The notes beneath the pieces are model-generated. The model did not search any database and was not told the DNA's origin. It saw only the letters and a list, made by a program, of their open reading frames with translations. A stretch of DNA of 11,733 nucleotides, taken from the IMG/VR virus record IMGVR_UViG_3300045988_021489. One strand, given 5' to 3'. The DNA is from a virus. The position numbers were made by a program, and so were the translations under genes. Below, piece by piece: positions 1-6,409 of this stretch; the stretch's first letter is position 1, and every line of letters starts with the position of its first letter.

Positions 1-52
1 GACGGCATACGATATCGGTCTCGGCATTCCTGCTGAACCGCTCTTCCGATCT
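1..52 (+). other. Illumina paired-end adapter/primer remnant (non-biological)
   Basis: GACGGCATACGA(T)ATCGGTCTCGGCATTCCTGCTGAACCGCTCTTCCGATCT matches, as I recall it, the Illumina PE PCR primer 2.0 sequence with one apparent substitution. It is mirrored exactly at the other end. Confidence 0.97.
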
Positions 53-212
53 AAAGGTACGCTACTGACCCCTATTTAACGTTTCCCAACGCACTTTTAA
101 CATTTGCAAACACTTTGTGGCACGCTTTTTGCTATGGGTCGCAATTACCAAAATTTAACACATTGCGCCCGACTTTGGCACGGTTTTTGTTATGCGTGTG
201 CGCCCGTGAAAT

Positions 213-228
213 TGTTTCACGTGGAACA
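213..228 (+). promoter_or_regulatory. parS-like ParB-binding site 1 (left ITR)
   Basis: TGTTTCACGTGGAACA; its reverse complement TGTTCCACGTGAAACA fits the chromosomal parS consensus TGTTNCACGTGAAACA. Confidence 0.8.
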
Positions 229-254
229 CTGCCACACCGATGCACAAAATAAAT

Positions 255-270
255 TGTTTCACGTGGAACA
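255..270 (+). promoter_or_regulatory. parS-like ParB-binding site 2 (left ITR)
   Basis: Second identical TGTTTCACGTGGAACA, same orientation, 42 bp after the first. Confidence 0.8.
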
Positions 271-325
271 CAACTGTTAAACAAAGTTAAAAGAATAATT
301 TAACACAAAATAACACGCCAACCGC

Positions 326-355
326 TTGCACGTTCAAAACAAATGCTTAACTTTG
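326..355 (+). promoter_or_regulatory. Candidate Bacteroidetes-type promoter for the rightward gene at 387
   Basis: TTG at 326-328, 19-nt spacer, TAACTTTG at 348-355 (matches the -7 consensus TAnnTTTG), 31 bp upstream of the ATG. Confidence 0.45.
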
Positions 356-386
356 CAGCAAGTTAAACAATTAAATACATTGAGTT

Positions 387-749
387 ATGAATAACGTAAA
401 ATCATTAAGCGAAAACATCGCAAAGGCTGTTAGCGAAACAACAAAGCACGTAGAATTTTTGGCGGGTGCTTATCCCGAAATCCGTACCAACTTGCAAACT
501 ATTGCAGAAACTTTGCAAGTAGTACACCATTCGTTAGGTACGGTTTGTGAATTGTCCGAAATGCAAGAAAAGGTACACAAACAAACCGTGTCAAATTTTG
601 AGGTTGAAAAGGCTTGCAAAAATCAAGCATACGACTTTATACTAACTGAAAGGCTGTTCAATCGTTTCAAAACCTTTTGTTCGTGTTATCCCGTAAGCAC
701 ATACAACGAAAAAACGGGTGCTGACATTCTTGCAAAGCACGTGAAATAA
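387..749 (+). CDS. Hypothetical protein (120 aa), only rightward gene
   Basis: ATG-initiated ORF, stop TAA, plausible upstream promoter and leader, followed by a terminator-like hairpin. No family recognised. Confidence 0.75.
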   Translation: MNNVKSLSENIAKAVSETTKHVEFLAGAYPEIRTNLQTIAETLQVVHHSLGTVCELSEMQEKVHKQTVSNFEVEKACKNQAYDFILTERLFNRFKTFCSCYPVSTYNEKTGADILAKHVK

Positions 750-752
750 CAA

Positions 753-814
753 GCAAGGCACAAAGAAAAGGCGGTAACAATCAAGTTGCCGCCTTTCTTT
801 TTATCCTGCCTTGC
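753..814. terminator. Bidirectional intrinsic terminator between convergent genes
   Basis: Nested inverted repeats: GCAAGGCA (753-760)/TGCCTTGC (807-814), and AAAGGCGG..AAC / GTT..CCGCCTTT (767-796) followed by a T-rich tract (CTTTTT). Lies between stops at 749 (+) and 817 (-). Confidence 0.75.
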
Positions 815-816
815 AG

Positions 817-1965
817 TTACTCAATATATACCCCGTCAGACAAAGCCGTGTATATCATTTCTTGTTCCTCTGTCAGCATTTCGGCGGTGTGTATGGGTGT
901 AACATCATCGAACACATTAAACCCTCTGAAATCGCCTAAAATGCCCGTTTGTCGGTCGTTATTACGTCCGTTGCTTGCGCTCTCGTACCACTTGCAATAA
1001 ATGTAAGGTTCTAAACCGTAATATAACATTTCGTTCCAATCATCGCCGCCCACGGTCTTAACTTGGGTACTTGGTGAAAGGTATATTATTTCGCTGCTTG
1101 GTTCTGTTTCCTCAACTTGAAATACAACGCCGTTGCAGGACAAAAGCGCAACCCCGTTGCCCGTTACCACGTTTATAACGTACTGCAAACCTATCGTTTT
1201 GCCTGCATAATCGGTATTGAGGTTTACAAACCCTGCAAACGGCAAAAAGATTTGTATTTCGCTTTCGTAGTCGGTGTTGTCCTCATTGTGCGCTGGTACT
1301 ACCGCCGTGCCGAAATCAAGCGTTATTTTGTCTTGCGCTGGCTGGTGGCAAGATACGCCCGTATTGTAGTTGCCGCATCGTATTACATCGGTGCTGCTTG
1401 CCCCTATGTTGGTGTAAACACGGAGTATCTTGTTCACGTATGCGCCCAAATCTATGTTTTCGTATATAGGTGCGCCCGTGCTGGGGTCTGTTCCCGTTTC
1501 CTTGAAAAACCGTTTGCCGCTAAACTCTGCCAACTCATCAAGCGTTACCAAATATACGTTTATTGCGCCGTACTGCTCGCCCACAACGGTAACGGGGTAC
1601 GCACTGCCAATAACTGCAAAATCGCTCCAATTAGTGTTTACTTGTATGCTTCCCGTTGCCTTCTTTTTATCGCTTGAAATCGTAAGGTCTTGCGTTTGAG
1701 GGAAGCCGCTTGCGTTCTGGTAATAGAATTGCGGTGTACTTTGTTCGGTGTCAAATTCTGTGCCATCGTTTGCCGTTAATGTAACATTTACCGTTTCCCC
1801 GTCTTTCACATATTGCGGCAAATCCTCGTTAGCGGTGCAATTTGATAGGTTTGTAGAAATTTCTAACACATCATCGTAACTACCCGTAAGCGTTACGGGC
1901 TTTGTCGGGTCTATGTCGGTAATGGTTAGCGTTGCTTGTTGGCTGTATTCCAAATCCTGCACCAC
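817..1965 (-). CDS. C-terminal part of tail protein (gp9-like tail knob domain); likely one gene with 2011-2670
   Basis: Contains 'ESEIQIFLPFAGFVNLNTDYAGKTIGLQYVINVVTGNGVALL', reminiscent of the conserved region of phi29-like tail knob proteins. The ORF-track start is a GTG. The same reading frame stays open up to TAA at 2011-2013. Confidence 0.7.
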   Translation of the reverse strand: MVQDLEYSQQATLTITDIDPTKPVTLTGSYDDVLEISTNLSNCTANEDLPQYVKDGETVNVTLTANDGTEFDTEQSTPQFYYQNASGFPQTQDLTISSDKKKATGSIQVNTNWSDFAVIGSAYPVTVVGEQYGAINVYLVTLDELAEFSGKRFFKETGTDPSTGAPIYENIDLGAYVNKILRVYTNIGASSTDVIRCGNYNTGVSCHQPAQDKITLDFGTAVVPAHNEDNTDYESEIQIFLPFAGFVNLNTDYAGKTIGLQYVINVVTGNGVALLSCNGVVFQVEETEPSSEIIYLSPSTQVKTVGGDDWNEMLYYGLEPYIYCKWYESASNGRNNDRQTGILGDFRGFNVFDDVTPIHTAEMLTEEQEMIYTALSDGVYIE

Positions 1966-2010
1966 AAACGGCGTTTTGGTCGCTGTTCCTGCCTTGTTCG
2001 TGTAACTCGC

Positions 2011-2670
2011 TTAGAGGTCAAAGAAACGCACTTTGTTCGGGGTGTATTGCCCCGTAACGGTGAAAGTTGCCGTTTCCCCGTCAAACGTATGTTGTTCGGT
2101 TACGCCGCTGCCCGTTATGTTGTTCGTTACGTTAAGTTCGGGTGTTCCCTCGCTGGCTGTCGTACCCGTAAGCGTGAAACTCTCGCCCGTGTCGGCATCG
2201 TCATACTCCCAACTTGCCGTTTTACCGTCTGGCGAAATTGTCAAGTCCTGCGTATCGGGGTAGCCGTAACTGTCCGTAAACTCCACTTGCGCCGCCGTTA
2301 TCTTGTAACCCTCGTTTGCCGTTACTTGTATGCTCGCATCATAATAACCGCTACCTTTTGTTCCCGTTGCTGTCGTGTTCGGTATGTTGTTTATAACTTC
2401 CAAATCGTTTTCGCTTCGGGTGTTTCCCGTGATAGTTATTTCCGTGTCTGCATCGGTGTCGGACAACTCACCAAATGCCCAAACCTTTGCGCCGTTCATA
2501 TCCAAAACAACGCTTTTCGGGTATCCGCTTGTATTGGTATAAACCGCCTTAACATCGCCTACAAACAAATAACCGTCATTCGTTCTTACGTTTATATCCC
2601 AATAACCGCCGCTTGCGTTCCACTGGCTGTTATCATCGTGTGCGTTAGGTATATTTACAATTACTGCCAT
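2011..2670 (-). CDS. N-terminal part of tail protein with tandem Ig-like/beta-rich repeats
   Basis: ATG start preceded by AAAAGAGT. Repeated motifs YTNTSGYP and FTDSYGYPDTQDLTIS reappear in 817-1965 as YYQNASGFPQTQDLTIS. Confidence 0.7.
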   Translation of the reverse strand: MAVIVNIPNAHDDNSQWNASGGYWDINVRTNDGYLFVGDVKAVYTNTSGYPKSVVLDMNGAKVWAFGELSDTDADTEITITGNTRSENDLEVINNIPNTTATGTKGSGYYDASIQVTANEGYKITAAQVEFTDSYGYPDTQDLTISPDGKTASWEYDDADTGESFTLTGTTASEGTPELNVTNNITGSGVTEQHTFDGETATFTVTGQYTPNKVRFFDL

Positions 2671-2676
2671 ACTCTT

Positions 2677-3129
2677 TTAATTTTCGGTTGTTCCTTTCAA
2701 AGTTACCATAATGATACCCCCGTTTTCATTCAAAAGCCCCGTTTCAGAAAACGGCACTTTCTCAAAATTCGGGGTGCGCTTGTAAACCGTATCACGGTTT
2801 GAAATATACGGGTCGGGGTTGTCGCTTTCAGATACACGCCCAGTTGCCTCCAAAATTTCGCTTTCGTAGGTTTTAAGCACATCAATACGCAATGCAAGTT
2901 CGTAGGCGTTGTTTCCCTCAAAACTTACCCTATCCACGAAATAATAACGCCCTAAATCGGGTATGTAACAATAATTGAAAGTCGGTCGGGGTTGCTTTCG
3001 TAGTGTTACGGTCGGGCGCAACACATCGAAAGTTTGCCGCAAATCGCCCTCAATCGCCGTAAACGTGCCTAACTGCTTGTTTACCGTGTTCGGGTGTCCG
3101 TTGTATGAATAAAAGTTTATCGTTGTCAT
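2677..3129 (-). CDS. gp9-like tail knob/collar N-terminal domain protein
   Basis: 'YFVDRVSFEGNNAYELALRIDVLKTYESEILEATGRVSES' resembles the phi29 gp9 segment '...[36 protein letters not shown]'. The provided ORF starts at a GTG at 3177; the ATG at 3127-3129 (MTTINFYSYNG) is preferred because the upstream part overlaps a terminator hairpin. Confidence 0.7.
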   Translation of the reverse strand: MTTINFYSYNGHPNTVNKQLGTFTAIEGDLRQTFDVLRPTVTLRKQPRPTFNYCYIPDLGRYYFVDRVSFEGNNAYELALRIDVLKTYESEILEATGRVSESDNPDPYISNRDTVYKRTPNFEKVPFSETGLLNENGGIIMVTLKGTTEN

Positions 3130-3138
3130 ATCGGAAAG

Positions 3139-3181
3139 AAAAAAGGCGGTGCGGTGCGCTTTCACCTGCACCCACACCGCC
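3139..3181 (-). terminator. Intrinsic terminator downstream of the major capsid gene
   Basis: Minus strand GGCGGTG...CACCGCC stem (3181-3145) followed by TTTTTT (3144-3139). Confidence 0.7.
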
Positions 3182-3210
3182 CAAAGTTAAACAATCTAAT
3201 ACCTATTGAG

Positions 3211-4443
3211 TTACTCAATAAAGAATACTACAAAGTTTTCGTTTGTATCGTTGAAATACCCTGCATCAAACTTGTAATAGTTGTTGAAAAACTCTGCCTT
3301 TGCGTTGTAGTTCGTTGTTACCCGTCTGTCAAGATTGCAAACGCCCAACGCATCACGGTCGAACATTACGCCCAACACGCCCGTAATTTCAACATCTTTG
3401 CCGCCGCTTTCCTTAACCTTAATGTGTCCCGTGCTGGCGAAATCGTAGTTCTTTCCGCTGCCTTGCCAAAAAGGTACGGTTTCGGCTTGCGGCAAAAGCA
3501 CATCGCCACGGTTGAACGTGTCGGAATAAAGATAGGTTTGCGCTGCCTTTGCAAAGTCGGACAAAAGTACAACGTGTAACATATCTTTCGGCGTAAACCG
3601 TTCCTTGCCGCCAACATTGAACACGGTGGAAATGCTTTGCAGGCGGTCGGCATACGTCCCCATAACGTAAGACGCAAAGCGGATAAAATCGGGGTCGGTT
3701 ATCGCCTTTGCCGCTGTCAGTGCGTCAGGGTTCGGGGTCGGCTCGCCCTCTCCCGTTGCAGGTGTTGCAGGGAAATACTTGTCATTGTACAACTTCAAAA
3801 GGTTTACACAACGTGCCGTGCTTGCGCTGGAAAGGTCTGCCCCTGCCATATCACCTGCTGCCGTTGCTCCAAACGCTTGCGCATCAGCCAACACGGTTTC
3901 CGCAATCATGTTGTTAATTGTGCGCATAATCAAAGCGTCTGCCTTGATAGTCATTGACTTTTCAACGGCTGCATAAATCATCGAAATAAAGCCGTTGAGT
4001 TGTGCGGCGTTGCTGAAACTTTCCTTAACCTGTCTTTCGGTGATTGATACGGGCACTTCAAACGTAACCTTTGAGTTGAAAAACTTTGCGGTAACGGTCG
4101 GTTTGTGGAACACATCTTGCTTGTATTCTGTTCCGTCCTTCAAATCCCACGTGTCGTTTTCTTCTGCTTCTGGAACATCGGCACTTATCTTTTCCAATAC
4201 GCTACCAAACTCCCACGCATCCATTAAAACGCTCGGCACTTTGCCCGCATAAGGTCGGTTTACGAAAATCACCTTGCCGATATGGTTTACAAGTGATTTT
4301 ACGTAGTTGTCAACTGCATTTTGGTTAAACACTTCCGTGCCCAAATCCACAATGCCCGTTAAATCGTCCTGCACAATGTCAGTCTTGCCCAGCACTTCAC
4401 TTGAAACGCTGTTAATAATCTGGTAAATCTGTTTTACGTTCAT
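3211..4443 (-). CDS. Major capsid protein (phi29 gp8-like, HK97 fold)
   Basis: 410 aa in the expected position next to portal and collar. Composition and segments such as 'VFNQNAVDNYVKSLVNHIGKVIFVNRPYAGKVPSVLMDAWEFGSVLEKISADVPEA' match the style of picovirus capsid proteins. Confidence 0.8.
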   Translation of the reverse strand: MNVKQIYQIINSVSSEVLGKTDIVQDDLTGIVDLGTEVFNQNAVDNYVKSLVNHIGKVIFVNRPYAGKVPSVLMDAWEFGSVLEKISADVPEAEENDTWDLKDGTEYKQDVFHKPTVTAKFFNSKVTFEVPVSITERQVKESFSNAAQLNGFISMIYAAVEKSMTIKADALIMRTINNMIAETVLADAQAFGATAAGDMAGADLSSASTARCVNLLKLYNDKYFPATPATGEGEPTPNPDALTAAKAITDPDFIRFASYVMGTYADRLQSISTVFNVGGKERFTPKDMLHVVLLSDFAKAAQTYLYSDTFNRGDVLLPQAETVPFWQGSGKNYDFASTGHIKVKESGGKDVEITGVLGVMFDRDALGVCNLDRRVTTNYNAKAEFFNNYYKFDAGYFNDTNENFVVFFIE

Positions 4444-4464
4444 ATTGCTAAAAATTAAAATTAG

Positions 4465-5037
4465 TTATTCGTAAATACTCGTTGTTAATTCTCTTACAAG
4501 TGCAAAGATAATGTTTTTTCTCCAATTATCACGCCTTAACTGCAATTCTTTTGCAATTTCACTTGAAATTGATTTGCTTGCGCCCGTTCCTTTGCTGGTT
4601 TCGGTTGTTTGGCGTTCCTCGGTGCGGTTTCTCTCATCGTTTGCGGTCTTTCGGTCGCTGTCTGAAAAATCGGTATCGTTAAACGCCTTGTTTGCGCCCG
4701 TTTCGGTGTTGTCCGTGCTTTCCTGCAAAGTAACCGTTTCCGTGCGTTCAATTTGCCCCGTTACGGGTGTCAGTACATCGTAATCGGCTAACATCGCCGC
4801 CGCTTCACGTTCCCAACCTTGCACGTTTACCGCAATCACCGCCGAAACAACATCTTTTGCGTTGTCCGCATTGATAGAGTTTACAACGGTCTTGCCGCCG
4901 TACATCAGTAAGGCGTAAGCGTCTAACTTGGTCGGGTCGGTATCGCCGAAAATAGCGGCGTACTCTGTCGGATATTCAGTCTTGAAAACGGTTGCGAATA
5001 TCCCGTTACCCGTTGTAAATAGTTCGCTGTATTTCAT
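4465..5037 (-). CDS. Candidate lower collar/head-tail connector protein (phi29 gp11-like)
   Basis: 190 aa ORF overlapping the portal stop (ATGA). S/T/E/N-rich linker followed by 'LRRDNWRKNIIFALVRELTTSIYE'. Syntenic position between portal and capsid. Confidence 0.5.
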   Translation of the reverse strand: MKYSELFTTGNGIFATVFKTEYPTEYAAIFGDTDPTKLDAYALLMYGGKTVVNSINADNAKDVVSAVIAVNVQGWEREAAAMLADYDVLTPVTGQIERTETVTLQESTDNTETGANKAFNDTDFSDSDRKTANDERNRTEERQTTETSKGTGASKSISSEIAKELQLRRDNWRKNIIFALVRELTTSIYE

Positions 5038-6125
5038 TGCTTATCGTCTTTTGTTTCTGTTTCCTCTGTTTCCTCTGTTTCCTCTGTTTCGGTATCGTTA
5101 CCGTCCGTTTCCGTTTCCGTTTCTTTCGTTTCTTCTGTTTCCTCTGTTTCCGTGTCGTTTCCGTCTGTTTCGGTGTCGTTTCCGTCTGTTTCGGTTGTTT
5201 CCTCTGTCGGGTCGGGTTCGTCTGTCGGGTCGGGGTTTTCCTTTGCCGTTTCCAAATCAGCCGCCAAAGCGTTGTAATTATCCCTTTCCAAACCCCAACT
5301 TGAAGCAAGTTTAACCGAAATTTCGGTGTCAAACATCGCATTAATTTTCTCAACTGCATTTTGTCTTTCTTTTAGCATATTATCCACATACGGCAAAAGT
5401 ACATCTACATTCATACTTACCTCGCCCAAATTAAGGCGTTCACGCTTCATATTATAATTTGCGTTTAGCCCCAATTCGTTGTACATACTCGCTTTGTAGT
5501 ATTGTATCAGTTCAATAAGTTGTGTTATATACACGCTGTTTGTGGTCGGGGCTGTCTGCATATTTACGCCTTTGAAAAAAGCGTTTTCCCCGATAATTGA
5601 AAACTCGCCGTCTTGTATCTTGCGCAAAATCTCATCGGCACTCTGTTTCGTCTTGTCATCGCTGGCACTTATCAGCATTGTAATACGGGTCAAAATGCTT
5701 GCCGTGTTCAACGAAATAAGCCCGTCAGTATGCAAGACGGCATAACGCCCGATAAGCGGCAAAAGGCTTTCGCCGTTGCTGTCATTCTCAATCAAAACCC
5801 CGTCTTTCTGTATATCGTAGGTTTTGTTTAACTTTAATGCAGGGTTCGCCACGGTGTAAAGCGTTGCCCGTCCGTAAACATCGGGTTCGCCGCCTTTGCC
5901 GCCCGAAAGCGCATACAAAACCCCGTCCACGCTGGTAACAAAGGCGTTGCCCGTGGTCTGCAAAAGCCGCTCCAATTCCTTTTGCGGTATGCTGTCGGGC
6001 AAACCCTCATATTCAAACATACTTTGAGTTTTCGCCAACGTGTTCGCCATAAATTCGGTTACGGCGGTGTCTTTGTCCCTTACTTGTTGCTGGTACAACT
6101 TGTAAATGTTATCTTTCCTTTTCAT
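5034..6125 (-). CDS. Portal (upper collar/connector) protein, phi29 gp10-like
   Basis: 'YNELGLNANYNMKRERLNLGEVSMNVDVLLPYVDNMLKERQNAVEKINAMFDTEISVKL' aligns by eye to phi29 gp10 '[63 protein letters not shown]'. Confidence 0.9.
   Translation of the reverse strand: MKRKDNIYKLYQQQVRDKDTAVTEFMANTLAKTQSMFEYEGLPDSIPQKELERLLQTTGNAFVTSVDGVLYALSGGKGGEPDVYGRATLYTVANPALKLNKTYDIQKDGVLIENDSNGESLLPLIGRYAVLHTDGLISLNTASILTRITMLISASDDKTKQSADEILRKIQDGEFSIIGENAFFKGVNMQTAPTTNSVYITQLIELIQYYKASMYNELGLNANYNMKRERLNLGEVSMNVDVLLPYVDNMLKERQNAVEKINAMFDTEISVKLASSWGLERDNYNALAADLETAKENPDPTDEPDPTEETTETDGNDTETDGNDTETEETEETKETETETDGNDTETEETEETEETETKDDKQ
5046..5230 (-). repeat. Low-complexity tandem repeat encoding the acidic Thr/Glu/Asp tail of the portal
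   Basis: 9-nt CTCTGTTTC repeats and a perfect 21-nt tandem duplication GTGTCGTTTCCGTCTGTTTCG at 5152-5172 and 5173-5193. Encodes TETDGNDTETDGNDTETEETEET... Confidence 0.9.
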
Positions 6126-6315
6126 CTGTCAAAACTTTAATAAGCGTTGTAAGTTCGGCTAACACTTTCGTATTTTCCGCAATCGTGTCTTTTAGGTGTT
6201 CCGTTTCTTCTTGGTGCGCCTGCCTTTGTTTCACCATATACCAAAACAATGCGCCACACATCACAATCGGAAAACCCAAACTTGAAATGATTTGAATAAT
6301 AGTATTTGCGTCCAT
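6109..6315 (-). CDS. Putative holin (YvrJ/BhlA-like small membrane protein)
   Basis: 68 aa: N-terminal TM segment 'IIQIISSLGFPIVMCGALFWYMV' followed by a charged coiled-coil-like tail. Overlaps the portal start by 17 nt. Confidence 0.65.
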   Translation of the reverse strand: MDANTIIQIISSLGFPIVMCGALFWYMVKQRQAHQEETEHLKDTIAENTKVLAELTTLIKVLTDEKER

Positions 6316-6340
6316 ATCAATAAATTTTTAGTTCCTATTG

Positions 6341-6348
6341 CAAAGGTA
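6341..6348 (-). promoter_or_regulatory. Candidate -7 element (TACCTTTG) of a late/structural promoter
   Basis: Minus-strand TAnnTTTG match between a terminator-like hairpin and the holin gene; no convincing -33 element. Confidence 0.3.
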
Positions 6349-6361
6349 GTTATTTATTTCG

Positions 6362-6404
6362 TAAAACGGTCGGTTCGGCACGAAATTTGCACCAAACCGC
6401 CCGT
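6362..6404 (-). terminator. Intrinsic terminator downstream of the packaging ATPase
   Basis: Minus strand ACGGGCGGTTTGGTGC AAATTTC GTGCCGAACCGACCGTTTTA: imperfect GC-rich stem followed by TTTTA. Confidence 0.55.
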
Positions 6405-6409
6405 TATTT

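Larger units (their letters stand above)
53..274 (+). repeat. Left inverted terminal repeat (222 bp), candidate protein-primed replication origin
   Basis: Exact inverted match to 11460-11681. The terminus 5'-AAAGG resembles the phi29-family 5'-AAAGTA end. The match breaks at 275 (T) versus 11459. Confidence 0.95.

Noticed and set aside
275-386. Possible phi29-like packaging RNA (pRNA) gene between ITR and first gene
   Set aside because: A/T-rich with no convincing multi-stem structure by eye. Not supported.
1117-2802. Long + strand ORFs 1117..1677, 1430..1699, 1936..2802, 2033..2263
   Set aside because: Antisense to the repeat-rich tail genes; composition is Cys/Tyr/Arg-skewed and implausible, with no recognisable motifs. 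The minus-strand frame carries the protein signal.
3154-5314. + strand ORFs 3154..3579, 3637..3957, 3708..3917, 3779..3976, 3995..4252, 4511..4783, 4928..5314, 5037..5303
   Set aside because: Antisense shadows of capsid, collar and portal genes. The Phe/Arg/Leu-rich peptides at 4928-5314 are the complement of the acidic repeat.
2730-6016. Minus-strand out-of-frame ORFs 2730..2921, 3366..3677, 4536..4751, 5006..5359, 5834..6016
   Set aside because: Nested within better supported genes in another frame.
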